Assembly: GCA_965277285.1 (NCBI GenBank)
Contig: OZ255721.1
Coordinates: 1,632,001 to 1,696,000 of the forward strand
Origin: Abditibacteriaceae bacterium
GTDB lineage: Bacteria > Armatimonadota > Abditibacteriia > Abditibacteriales > Abditibacteriaceae
DNA length: 64,000 nucleotides
Reading direction: 5' to 3'
In this document: positions 40,113-49,488 of the stretch, piece by piece
Position numbering within the stretch: position 1 is the first letter of the stretch
Layout of the letters: each line of letters opens with the position of its first letter
Notes under the pieces: generated by a model
Databases searched by the model: none
What the model was told of the DNA's origin: nothing
What the model saw: the letters and a program-made list of their open reading frames with translations, nothing else
Position numbers and translations under genes: made by a program

Positions 40113-41152
40113 TATAGTTCGGTTGGTGCGAACATCGCCTTCGCTGGTGGTTCTTTGACGCGCCAATCGAGTACTCGATTCATCCATTCCTGAGGATGTT
40201 CGTAATGCGGCAACAACATGGCTTCTTCAATGACTTGCAGGTGCGCTTCGGGTTTCATGGCCAGCCATTCCGGTGCGGTTTCCAGCCCACTGATCGCCGC
40301 GTTGCGTCCCCAGATTAAAAGCGCGGGTTGCTCCAAGCGGCTCCAGGTTTCGCGCGCGTCGATGCGAGCGCGCCCAGATAAAAACGTCGACAGAGAAAGG
40401 CGCGCTCCCTTTTGATGAGCGCGGCTCGCATGACGCTGAATGAAATTCTCATCCGCCAGCGATTTATCAAAAAACAATTGATGCCGCGCGAAACTTTCCA
40501 TTGAACGATGCGAAGTCAGCATGTTATTTAAGGTCGCGCCGATAATTGGCCAGGCGAAAAGGCGTTCGAGAACAGTCGTCAAAGGTGGCGGCACAATTTG
40601 TTGTTCGGGCACCAAAGGCGGGCATGTCAAAACGATTTGCATCACCAAATTCGGCAAGCGAGAGGCGGCTTCAATCGCGTAATCGCAGCCATCGCCGGAC
40701 GCCGCAACGACGCACGGACGTCCCACCACGTCTTCGATGAAGTTGGTCAATTGTGAAACGTAATCGGCGGCTTCATACGTCATTTGCGGCTGATCCGACA
40801 AGCCCCAGCCCAAGAAATCGAACGCATAAACCGTGAAATGCTCGCGCAAAAGCGGAAAAACTTCGCTCCATTCCGCCATCGAATTGCCCGCGCCCAAGCC
40901 GTGAACAAGCACCAACGGCGTGCCACTTCCCGCGACGGTGTACGCCATATCGCCAAAACGCCACGGATAGCGACCGAAAACGCCGCCCAGTTCGTGGCGC
41001 GGCGTTCCACAGCGAGTCGCAATCAACGCGTTAACGCTCGCAACCGCGCCTAAAATCGCGCCGCCCACGACCAAGGCGCGACCCAAGCGTTGTGTTGCGC
41101 TGCGTTCTTCTTTCGATGTCCAATTTGGGCTTTTCAATTTCGTTTTGCTCAT
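40112..41152 (-). CDS. alpha/beta hydrolase fold protein
   Basis: LVLVHG, DFLGWGLSD, LLIWG, LPHYE; canonical GxSxG not evident. Confidence 0.85.
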   Translation of the reverse strand: MSKTKLKSPNWTSKEERSATQRLGRALVVGGAILGAVASVNALIATRCGTPRHELGGVFGRYPWRFGDMAYTVAGSGTPLVLVHGLGAGNSMAEWSEVFPLLREHFTVYAFDFLGWGLSDQPQMTYEAADYVSQLTNFIEDVVGRPCVVAASGDGCDYAIEAASRLPNLVMQIVLTCPPLVPEQQIVPPPLTTVLERLFAWPIIGATLNNMLTSHRSMESFARHQLFFDKSLADENFIQRHASRAHQKGARLSLSTFLSGRARIDARETWSRLEQPALLIWGRNAAISGLETAPEWLAMKPEAHLQVIEEAMLLPHYEHPQEWMNRVLDWRVKEPPAKAMFAPTEL

Positions 41153-41196
41153 AAGTTTTGCTCATAAATTGCAATGTTCCGTTTTATGTCGAGAGA

Positions 41197-41335
41197 AGGT
41201 TTGCCAGTGCCCACCCCTGAGGGAGCGGGCTGAATGGGCAAGACCGCTAAAGCGGCCTCCAAACGTCTACTTCAGCCCCATTTATGGAGCTTCGCAACTC
41301 AGCCCACTCCTTCAGGGGTGGGCACTGGCAAACCT
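41197..41335. mobile_element. CCCCTGAAG-family MITE/REPIN-like element, copy 2 (opposite orientation)
   Basis: 24-bp outer inverted repeat AGGTTTGCCAGTGCCCACCCCTGA; core matches 29542-29646. Confidence 0.8.
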
Positions 41336-41468
41336 GCACCACCGGTTCTTATGCCACGCTTTCACTTTGCTCTTTTCTTAACTCTTAACCATAGCAAAAA
41401 CCTTCGCCGGGCGTTCTGCCTTTCAACCAAAGAACACATTTTCGTTACACTATTCGCACAACTTTTCT

Positions 41469-42389
41469 ATGACCCATTCTTCTTCCGACATTTCCAATCT
41501 CGATTCATTTTTCGCAACTTCATCTGCAGAACGCTGGAAGATTTTCGATCCGGCTTCGGCGCCTGCGACACGCGCTTTGCTCCGCGAAATCGGCGCTGTT
41601 CCCAATCGAACGCTGGGACAAAACTTTCTGGTTAACGGACAAATTCTCGACAAAATCGTGGCGACGGCGCAAGTTTCACCCGAAGATCGAGTACTCGAAA
41701 TTGGGCCTGGTCTGGGTTCTCTGACCTGTCGCCTGGTGCGCGCCGCACAACAAGTCGTCGCCATCGAAAAAGACCCGCCACTGCGCGAACTTTTAACGCG
41801 TTATCTGCCCGCGCCCAACCTCACCCTGATCGGCGATGACGCATTGAAAGTCGGTTGGGACGCGCTCGGTTTGCCGGACGAAAACGTCAAAGTTGTGGCG
41901 AATTTGCCGTATTCGATTTCCAAGCCGATGCTGCGGCGACTTTTGGAAGATTGGCGCCCGCATTTTTCGAGCCTGACAATTTTGGTGCAACGCGAAGTCG
42001 CCGACCGCATTGTCGCGCTTCCCGCCACGCCCGAATACGGCCCGATGGCGATCATGGCGCATCTTTACGCCGACGCCAAACGCGTTTTCGATGTGCGCGC
42101 CGGTTCGTTTCTGCCGCCTCCGAACGTTCTTTCTTCGGTCGTTCATATCCAAATTCGCCCGCAACCGCGCCTGGCTTTATCGAACGAAAAGTTCTTCTGG
42201 AGCGTGGTGCGCGCCGCTTTTGGTCAACGCCGCAAGCAACTTATCAACACCTTGCGCGCCGTTTGCGACAATCCCGCACGCTTGAACGCGACCTTGCAAC
42301 AGTGCGACATCGACCCCAAGCGGCGCGGCGAAACGCTTTCCCTGCAAGAGTTTGTCAGCCTCGCGGACGCGCTTTCTTTACCGTTATGA
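41469..42389 (+). CDS. rsmA: 16S rRNA m6,2A dimethyltransferase
   Basis: LGQNFL, VLEIGPGLG, VANLPY, QREVADR, AFGQRRK. Confidence 0.96.
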   Translation: MTHSSSDISNLDSFFATSSAERWKIFDPASAPATRALLREIGAVPNRTLGQNFLVNGQILDKIVATAQVSPEDRVLEIGPGLGSLTCRLVRAAQQVVAIEKDPPLRELLTRYLPAPNLTLIGDDALKVGWDALGLPDENVKVVANLPYSISKPMLRRLLEDWRPHFSSLTILVQREVADRIVALPATPEYGPMAIMAHLYADAKRVFDVRAGSFLPPPNVLSSVVHIQIRPQPRLALSNEKFFWSVVRAAFGQRRKQLINTLRAVCDNPARLNATLQQCDIDPKRRGETLSLQEFVSLADALSLPL

Positions 42390-43297
42390 ATTCTTCGATG
42401 GTCGTACGCTCCGCCGCCAAAGTGAACTTGACACTTGATGTTTTGGGTTTGCGCGCCGATGGTTATCACGAGTTGCGCTCCATCGTTCACACCATCGGTT
42501 TGTGGGACACGATTCGTTTCGACTTCAAAAACGCGCACGGCCTGACATTTTCGTGCGACCAGAGCGACTTGCAAACCGATGACAACTTGTGTTTGAAAGC
42601 CGCGCGTTTGTGGTCGCAAAGCGCCAATCGAGTACTCGATTGCGCCATACGATTGGAAAAACAGATTCCGATGGGCGCCGGTTTGGGCGGCGGCAGCGGC
42701 AACGCGGCGGCGACGTTGCTTGTGCTGAATCGCCATTTTGATGACGCGCTCAGCGAAGATCAACTGCATTACATCGCTGCCAAATTGGGCGCCGATGTGC
42801 CGTTATTCTTGCGTGGCGGTTGCAATCTTATCGAAGGCGTTGGCGAAAAAATTACCTCGCTGCGCTCACTTTCCGGTTGGATTTTGTTGTTGCAACCACA
42901 CCAAAAACTTTCAACTCCGCAGGTTTTTCGCGCCTGGGATGAACTTCATTCCCACACAAATTTAGCAATGCCTGACGCTTCAACGCATTTGTTGAATTTG
43001 ATGCAGCAAAATGCGACTTTGGCGCAATTGGCCATGTCGTTGCGAAACGATTTGACGGCAGCTGCGGCGCGTTGTGGTGTCGATGTCGGGCCAGCTTTAC
43101 AAAAGCTGCGCGAATTTGGCGCACTCGGCGCGACGATGACAGGCAGCGGTTCGGCGTTTTACGCTTTTTTCGACACGGAAAAAAGTGCAAGAGATGCGTT
43201 GCAAAACATGGAATACCCTGACGGGGCAGCCATTTCGGTCTGGGATTTTACGGCTGTCGCACCGTTTTCAGCGCACGGTATCGAATGGTTGGATTGA
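42386..43297 (+). CDS. ispE: 4-diphosphocytidyl-2-C-methyl-D-erythritol kinase
   Basis: AAKVNLTLDV, DGYHEL, KQIPMGAGLGGGS, GADVP, MTGSGS; ATG overlaps the rsmA stop. Confidence 0.95.
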   Translation: MNSSMVVRSAAKVNLTLDVLGLRADGYHELRSIVHTIGLWDTIRFDFKNAHGLTFSCDQSDLQTDDNLCLKAARLWSQSANRVLDCAIRLEKQIPMGAGLGGGSGNAAATLLVLNRHFDDALSEDQLHYIAAKLGADVPLFLRGGCNLIEGVGEKITSLRSLSGWILLLQPHQKLSTPQVFRAWDELHSHTNLAMPDASTHLLNLMQQNATLAQLAMSLRNDLTAAAARCGVDVGPALQKLREFGALGATMTGSGSAFYAFFDTEKSARDALQNMEYPDGAAISVWDFTAVAPFSAHGIEWLD

Positions 43298-43348
43298 CGA
43301 CACTCGAAATGAGATTCCTTCATCGAGTACTCGATAAGCCGATGCGCA

Positions 43349-43894
43349 ATGAGGAGTCCGTTCGAGATGTCGGTTTTTGAACTCAGTTGGAAATGGATGT
43401 CGTTTCTTTCGTTTGGCTTCAGCCTCATCGCGGCAGTGCTGGCCATCGATATGTATAAGTTGTCGCGGACGGGACAATTTGGCGCGTCGTGGCGCGTTCT
43501 CATCACGGCGACAGTAATTTACGCTTTGTTGCAAGCGTCGCATCTGGCGGAAACAGTCAACATCGGTTTCGCTAAAATGTCGCACGTCGTCGAACTGATT
43601 TTCGTTCTTGCCTTGGCCTATTCGTTTTATTTGCAACGCCAATTGTTCCGCAACGCGTCCAATTTCCGCGACGGCAACGAGCGCCGCGAACGATCGAACT
43701 ATTCTGGCCCCGAACGACGCGGCAATCGCAACGAACCGTATCAAGGCCCGGAACGCCGTCAGCGCGCAACAGATGTTCCGCCATTTGCCAACATGCGCGA
43801 AGAATCCGAAGCCGATGCACCACATTCCAGAAGAAAAATTGATGTCGCATCTGATGACATCGAATGGCAAGCGCCTGATTCCGCCGCGCCATAA
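43349..43894 (+). CDS. three-TM membrane protein with GPERR-repeat tail
   Basis: Hydrophobic N-terminal half; YSGPERR and YQGPERR. Confidence 0.65.
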   Translation: MRSPFEMSVFELSWKWMSFLSFGFSLIAAVLAIDMYKLSRTGQFGASWRVLITATVIYALLQASHLAETVNIGFAKMSHVVELIFVLALAYSFYLQRQLFRNASNFRDGNERRERSNYSGPERRGNRNEPYQGPERRQRATDVPPFANMREESEADAPHSRRKIDVASDDIEWQAPDSAAP

Positions 43895-43907
43895 ACATCT
43901 ATGCGCT

Positions 43908-43980
43908 ACGAAGTTTCAGGCAACACAAAGCCGCGCTATCGAGTACTCAATGCGCGGCTTTGTGTTGCCTGAAACTTCGT
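43908..43980. repeat. 29-bp perfect inverted repeat with a 12-mer variant as loop
   Basis: ACGAAGTTTCAGGCAACACAAAGCCGCGC-tatcgagtactcaat-GCGCGGCTTTGTGTTGCCTGAAACTTCGT. Confidence 0.9.
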
Positions 43981-44216
43981 TTTACAAATCTCCGCCTTCT
44001 AATGGCGCATTAAAAACTCGCGTTAACAAAGGATTGCGCGTCACAATTCAGTTAATCCAACAAGAATCGGCGCGACTGCGTGAAGAAGGCAAACAACGAT
44101 AATTCCAAGGCCGAAAGTAGAAAACGACCAAGCTACAGTCTTCTTTTGAGTGCGTCTATACTTTTGGGAATCGCCCAACCAAAACCAAACCATTAGCAAT
44201 CTTATTGCGCAATTGT

Positions 44217-45509
44217 TTATCCTGAACCGCGTCGCGCCCGTAACGCGATACTTTGCAGCAAGCCGATGCAAATCGCAAACGAAATGTAGGCTGAACCGCC
44301 ATAGGAAAAAAATGGCAGCGGCACGCCGGTAATTGGCATCACGCGCATCGTCATTCCCAGGTTGACGACGCAGTGAAACGCGATCAGCGTGGTAAAACCG
44401 CCCGCGATAAGAACGCCGAAATAATTGTCCGTCGTCAATGCCAAACTCGCGGTGCGCAACAGCAACAGCAGAAACAAAACGATCAGCGTCGCGGCGCCCG
44501 CGAAACCTAATTCTTCGGCGACAACCGTAAAAACGAAATCAGTCGTGTTTTCCGGCATGTAACCGCTATGACTTTGAATGCCTTTGCCGTAGCCCTGACC
44601 GGTAATGCCGCCACCGCCAATAGCGATCTGGCTTTGCTTGATTTGCCAGCCATCACCGCGACCGACGCGCGCCGAACTGTCGGATTGCAAAAACACCGAC
44701 AAGCGTTCTTTTTGATATTCCTTCATGCCGCCGAACTGCCAGGCGCCGACGAACAGCGACAATCCGACGACCGCAATCGTCACCAGATGTTGCCAGCGCG
44801 CGCCGCCGAAAAACAACATTCCATACCAGATCAGCAAAACTGAGAGCATCGTTCCCAAGTCGGGTTGCTTCCAGATGAAAATCAATGGCGGCAAAATATA
44901 CAGCAACGATTGACCAATGGTTTTCCATTGACCTATGCGTTCCTGGCGACGCGTCAAAAACGCGGCCAGCGTGATGATGACGGCGACTTTGCAAAACTCG
45001 GACGGCTGCAAGGTCAGCGGCCCCAAGTGAATCCAGCTTTTGGCGCCATTGATGACCGGCGCCAGCGAGCGCGGCAAAACCAAGAGCGAACCTAAAAAGA
45101 GCAGATTAAAAACGTAAATCCAAGTTTGCAAATACATCAACAGCAAATAATCGAGCGTCATCACCAACGCCATTAACGCCAAGCCAAGCGCGACGGAAAC
45201 CGCTTGCTTGGTCGCTTCGCCGCGCACGCTGTTGGTGCCGCCGCTGCCACCACTTGCTTTTCGAGTACTCGATGAAGAATTTGGCGTCGCTGCGTCACCG
45301 TTTTCGCCGTTCGCATTGGCGGCGTTGGCACCAGGCGCAGGCGAGGACGCAGCATACAAATCGGGATTAGGACGCGCGGCGGACGCGATGGTCAGGCAAC
45401 CCCAAACCGAAAGGCACAAAACAATCGCCAGCATCAGCCAATCGAGTTGCCGCCAACCGCCGTGCGAAAATGAAGGAGAAGCGGTCGTCGGAGCGGAAAT
45501 TACAGCCAT
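44217..45509 (-). CDS. rodA: SEDS family peptidoglycan polymerase RodA
   Basis: GAKSWI, LQPSEFCK, QPDLGT, YQKERL, PENTTDFVF, PITGVPLPFFSYGGS. Confidence 0.9.
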   Translation of the reverse strand: MAVISAPTTASPSFSHGGWRQLDWLMLAIVLCLSVWGCLTIASAARPNPDLYAASSPAPGANAANANGENGDAATPNSSSSTRKASGGSGGTNSVRGEATKQAVSVALGLALMALVMTLDYLLLMYLQTWIYVFNLLFLGSLLVLPRSLAPVINGAKSWIHLGPLTLQPSEFCKVAVIITLAAFLTRRQERIGQWKTIGQSLLYILPPLIFIWKQPDLGTMLSVLLIWYGMLFFGGARWQHLVTIAVVGLSLFVGAWQFGGMKEYQKERLSVFLQSDSSARVGRGDGWQIKQSQIAIGGGGITGQGYGKGIQSHSGYMPENTTDFVFTVVAEELGFAGAATLIVLFLLLLLRTASLALTTDNYFGVLIAGGFTTLIAFHCVVNLGMTMRVMPITGVPLPFFSYGGSAYISFAICIGLLQSIALRARRGSG

Positions 45510-45676
45510 AAGCAACAAGAAACTAAAGGTTTGAAATGAACAAAGCGATGCTATTGTACTGCATCTTTTAACGCCTGCATGAATGCACGTCACAAAGATG
45601 GACTTGGCAAAGTTCATGCGTATTCGAGATATTGCATTTGCGAACAATGGATCGAGTACTCGATAATAGGAGCATT

Positions 45677-46090
45677 ATGAAACCTTCCCATCAAAAGTTC
45701 GGCGCCGGAGTTCTATTGATTCTGCTGGCCGCGCAGTTGTCGGGTTGCAGTGCATCGGCTGGCCTTGCGCCGTCGAAAGTGACTTGCAACGGGTTTTTGC
45801 AGAAGATGAAGGCGGGTCAGGCGAGCGCCGCTTACAGTTTGTTATCTTCGCCGTGCAAGGCAGTGACAACACCTCAGCAAATGCAAAATTACTGGGATTT
45901 GGTGGAAAAGAATCGCGGCAAAGTCCAAAGTTGGACGCAGCAGGGTTTCAACGTTTATTCCGGCACCGGCGGCAGTTCGGTTCAGCTTGGCTACGCGTTG
46001 CAATGCGCCAAAGGCACGTCCGCTGTGCGTTTCAGTTGCGTCGAAGAAAATAATCAATGGCTGATTCAAGGCTTTAACTTCAGCGGATAA
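45677..46090 (+). CDS. putative lipoprotein
   Basis: AGGAG RBS; lipobox-like LSGC. Confidence 0.65.
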   Translation: MKPSHQKFGAGVLLILLAAQLSGCSASAGLAPSKVTCNGFLQKMKAGQASAAYSLLSSPCKAVTTPQQMQNYWDLVEKNRGKVQSWTQQGFNVYSGTGGSSVQLGYALQCAKGTSAVRFSCVEENNQWLIQGFNFSG

Positions 46091-46101
46091 GCTGTCCTGC
46101 T

Positions 46102-47112
46102 TCAACTTATTTTAATGACGACTTTGCCGAAATGCGCGCCGCTTTCCAGATATTCGTAAGCGGCGCTCGCTTCGTCAAAACCGAAAACGTGGTCGATGAC
46201 GGGATGAATTTGCTGCCTTTCGAGTACTCGATTGAAACTTTTGAACATGGCGCGGCTGCCGACATAAATGCCGTGAACGTTCAGGCTGCCGGACAAAATC
46301 GGAAACGGATTGACGTTTCCGCCAAAACCCGAAACGCCACCGATCATGCTCATAGTGCCGCCAAGTCGCAAACAGCGCAGTGACTTTTCCCACGTTTTGT
46401 TTCCACCAACTTCGATAACATGATTGACGCCAACGCGATCCGTCATTTCAAAAACGCGCTGGTCCCAATTCGGCACATCTTTATAGTTGATCGTTTCATC
46501 GGCGCCCAAACTTCGCGCGCGTTCGAGTTTTTCGTCGCTGCTTGATGTAATAAAAATGTGTGCGCCGCGCGCTTTGGCCAGTTGAAGCGCGAAAATCGAA
46601 ACGCCACCTGTTCCAAGGAGCAAAATCGTATCGCCTTTTATAAAAAAACATCGCTCGATAGCGTGCCATGCTGTCACACCGGCGCACGGCAAAGTCGCAC
46701 CTTCTTCGAAACTGAGATATTTCGGCAATTCGACTAAACCATTTTCGTCAAAAACGCGATATTCCGCCAAAACGCCATCAATTCCACCGCCCAAATCAGA
46801 TTTCATTTGAGCGCGATCAGGACGTTTATCCAGCCATTTCTGAAAGAAAATTCCCGCTACGCGATCACCAATTTTCCATTGCGTGACATCTTCGCCGATT
46901 GCGACAATTTCGCCCGCGCCGTCGGAAAGCGGCACCAAACCTGGCTTAGGTGTCGCGCTGTAAACGCCTTTGGCGACCATCAAATCGCGGTAATTCAAAC
47001 TGGCGGCGCGTATTTTCACCAGAACTTCGCCAGATCGCGGTTGTGGAATAGCGATCTCGTTTTGCTGCAATCCGCTGAAATCGCCGAATTTTTCAATTGT
47101 GTATTGTTTCAT
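46102..47112 (-). CDS. MDR family NAD(P)-dependent oxidoreductase
   Basis: SLNYRD, PLSDGAGE, LPCAGVTAW, GTGGVS, HFGKVVI. Confidence 0.92.
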   Translation of the reverse strand: MKQYTIEKFGDFSGLQQNEIAIPQPRSGEVLVKIRAASLNYRDLMVAKGVYSATPKPGLVPLSDGAGEIVAIGEDVTQWKIGDRVAGIFFQKWLDKRPDRAQMKSDLGGGIDGVLAEYRVFDENGLVELPKYLSFEEGATLPCAGVTAWHAIERCFFIKGDTILLLGTGGVSIFALQLAKARGAHIFITSSSDEKLERARSLGADETINYKDVPNWDQRVFEMTDRVGVNHVIEVGGNKTWEKSLRCLRLGGTMSMIGGVSGFGGNVNPFPILSGSLNVHGIYVGSRAMFKSFNRVLERQQIHPVIDHVFGFDEASAAYEYLESGAHFGKVVIKIS

Positions 47113-47182
47113 ATCAAGTACTCGAAACCAAAATAGGAGCGCATGTGAGATGCACTCCTATTTTGCGTTTTGTACCAGATTT

Positions 47183-47917
47183 TTACCAGGGCAATGTTTC
47201 TTCCATATGAAAGAAGCTGCCGCTTGGCCCATCGTCGTCCAACAACGCTAATCGAACCGCTGTTTTTGCGCCGTCTTGAACGTTCATGGGCGCTGCGTCG
47301 CTGCCCAAATCGGTTTTTACCCAGCCCGGATGCGCCGAGTTGACCTTGATGTTGGTATCGCGCAGTTCATAAGAGAGATGAACCGTAAACGAATTGAGTG
47401 CTGCTTTGCTGGCATCATAAGCGAACGGCTTCGTCTGAGAATACGGCGATTTCAGATCGGATTGCGCTGTCAGAGAACCCAAAATGCTCGATTGATTGAC
47501 GATGCGCGCCGCCGGACTTTGCCTCAGCAAAGGCAACAAGGATTGCGTCAATTCGACAGTGCCGAAAAAGTTGCTGTCGAATGTCGCGCGCATTTCCTGA
47601 GCAGAAACGGAAGCGACCGTTGGTTTTTGCCAATTTTCGGTCATCACGCCAGCGTTGTTGACCAAAATGTCCAAGCGCCCGAATTCACGCTCGAACCATT
47701 TCGGCAACGCCGCGATGTCATCCTTGCTCGTCACATCCAACTTCACAGCGCGCGCATGCACGCCGTCTTTCTTCAATTCTTCAACGGCTGCTTCGCCGCG
47801 TTCCAAATCGCGCGAACCGATGATGACCTGAACGCCACTTTTGCCCAACTGACGCGCGATTTCCAAACCCAAACCTTTGTTCGCACCTGTAATCAACGCC
47901 ACTTTTTCCTGACTCAT
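47183..47917 (-). CDS. SDR family oxidoreductase (carbonyl reductase-like)
   Basis: TGANKGLG, NNAG, YDASK, HPGWVKTD. Confidence 0.93.
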   Translation of the reverse strand: MSQEKVALITGANKGLGLEIARQLGKSGVQVIIGSRDLERGEAAVEELKKDGVHARAVKLDVTSKDDIAALPKWFEREFGRLDILVNNAGVMTENWQKPTVASVSAQEMRATFDSNFFGTVELTQSLLPLLRQSPAARIVNQSSILGSLTAQSDLKSPYSQTKPFAYDASKAALNSFTVHLSYELRDTNIKVNSAHPGWVKTDLGSDAAPMNVQDGAKTAVRLALLDDDGPSGSFFHMEETLPW

Positions 47918-47955
47918 AATTTTTCCTTTCGAGTACTCGATGTTAACTTCCGTTT

Positions 47956-48678
47956 TCACCACGCGACGACGCCGTTTTCATCGAAAAATCCGCCGCTTGG
48001 CCCGTCATCAGGCAGCGTCGCCAGGCGAACCGAAATTGTCGCGCCCTGCTCGACTGTGCGCGTCCCACTATGTCCGTTCAAGTCGGTCGCCACATAACCA
48101 GGACAAGCGGCATTGACTTTGATTCCCAGCTCGCGCAGTTCCTTCGCAAATTGAACAGTGACCGCATTCAAAGCGGTTTTGGAAGACGTGTAAGCCAGTA
48201 AATTAATGCCAGCGTATTCCCAGTTCGGATCGCTGTGTTGAGTCAGCGAACCCAGACTGCTCGAAACGTTGACGATGCGCGCCGCCGAACTTTTTTTGAG
48301 AAGCGCAAGCATCGCTTGAATCACCGTAACCGGCGCGAAAACATTGGTGTCATAAGTGCGGCGCATAATTTCCACCGGCAACTGCGAAGGCGACATACGA
48401 TCCAGCGCGATACCAGCGTTATTGATCAAAACATCGAGCTTGCCGAAATCGCTCTCTACCTTTTGCGCTGCCGCTCGGACGCTGTTTTCATCCGTCACAT
48501 CGAGTGATAGAAAGCGCACATCCAAACCTTCATCGCGCAAGGTTTGTGCGGCTTTTTCGCCGCGCTCCTCGTCGCGCGCACCCAGCAAAACCGTGAAACC
48601 TTGTTTCCCTAATTGACGTACTGTCTCGAATCCGATGCCTTTATTGGCGCCCGTCACCAATGCAATTTTCTCGTTTAT
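47956..48678 (-). CDS. SDR family oxidoreductase, tandem paralog; start appears to be ATA at 48678
   Basis: TGANKGIG, NNAG, YTSSK, PGYVATD; AGGAGG 6 nt before ATA AAC GAG AAA ATT GCA TTG GTG. Confidence 0.88.
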   Translation of the reverse strand: MNEKIALVTGANKGIGFETVRQLGKQGFTVLLGARDEERGEKAAQTLRDEGLDVRFLSLDVTDENSVRAAAQKVESDFGKLDVLINNAGIALDRMSPSQLPVEIMRRTYDTNVFAPVTVIQAMLALLKKSSAARIVNVSSSLGSLTQHSDPNWEYAGINLLAYTSSKTALNAVTVQFAKELRELGIKVNAACPGYVATDLNGHSGTRTVEQGATISVRLATLPDDGPSGGFFDENGVVAW

Positions 48679-48692
48679 AACTTTCCTCCTCT

Positions 48693-48727
48693 AAACAAAA
48701 ATCGAGCACCCTTTCGAGTACTCGATT
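48693..48727 (-). terminator. intrinsic terminator after trxA whose 5' stem arm is the 12-mer
   Basis: Minus strand ATCGAGTACTC-GAAA-GGGTGCTCGAT-TTTTGTTT. Confidence 0.7.
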
Positions 48728-48738
48728 GCCTAAACGTC

Positions 48739-49068
48739 TTACGAAACCAACGCTTTCACTTTAGCCGTTAAAGCCTCGCGCCCGCCAAAACCCGCCACCT
48801 GATCGACGACTTCGCCGTTCTTGAAAAACAACAAATTGGGAATCGCCTGCACGCCAAAACGTCCTGCCAACTCACTTTGATCTTCGACATCGACCTTGAC
48901 GATTTTGACTTTTCCGGCCAGTTCGCTCGCCAATTCTTCCAAAACTGGCGTGACCTGCTTGCAAGGCGGACACCATTCCGCATAAAAATCGACAACTACG
49001 GGCTGCGACGACTGTTCCACTTCGCTCGCAAAACTCTCCAACGTGATGTGCGCCAATGTTTCCGCCAT
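48739..49068 (-). CDS. trxA: thioredoxin
   Basis: VVVDFYAEWCPPCK, IPNLLFFKNGE; AAGGAG RBS. Confidence 0.9.
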   Translation of the reverse strand: MAETLAHITLESFASEVEQSSQPVVVDFYAEWCPPCKQVTPVLEELASELAGKVKIVKVDVEDQSELAGRFGVQAIPNLLFFKNGEVVDQVAGFGGREALTAKVKALVS

Positions 49069-49167
49069 TTCCTCGTCTCCTTTGCCATCAACTGTTCGCA
49101 AAACACGAACAATCGTAGAATCGGTTCCATTGAGTTAGAATAAGAGTTACGAGTGGGAGGAAAAGAA

Positions 49168-49488
49168 ATGAAAGCGTTATTGCATCCGTCGGCGGAAGAG
49201 ATGACGTTGTGGGGCGTTTTGTATGCGTTGGGCGATCCGGTGCGCTTGGAAATGGTACGTTGCCTGGCAAAAACTGAGAGCGCGTGTTGCGCGGCGCTGA
49301 CGATGAACTTGCCGAAATCGACTTTGACGCGACATTTTCGTGTGTTGCGCGAAATGGGCGTCATCGCGCAAGAGCCGCGTGGTCGCCAGTTCGCCAACAG
49401 CTTGCGCCGCGCCGATTTGGAAGCGCGTTTTCCTGGCTTGCTGGAGATCGTCTTGCGCGAGGAAAGTTTGTGTACGCGCGAAAAATGA
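49168..49488 (+). CDS. ArsR/SmtB family transcriptional regulator
   Basis: ALGDPVRLE, PKSTLTRHFRVLRE.G, LEARFPGLL. Confidence 0.88.
   Translation: MKALLHPSAEEMTLWGVLYALGDPVRLEMVRCLAKTESACCAALTMNLPKSTLTRHFRVLREMGVIAQEPRGRQFANSLRRADLEARFPGLLEIVLREESLCTREK

Noticed and set aside
40113..40187. N-terminal MDESSTR... extension of the hybrid kinase
   Set aside because: It overlaps the hydrolase gene; the TAATG-coupled start at 40112 is more plausible.
41855..42385. 480-aa ORF suggesting a long N-terminal extension of IspE
   Set aside because: The upstream part overlaps rsmA in another frame; the real start is the ATGA-coupled ATG at 42386.
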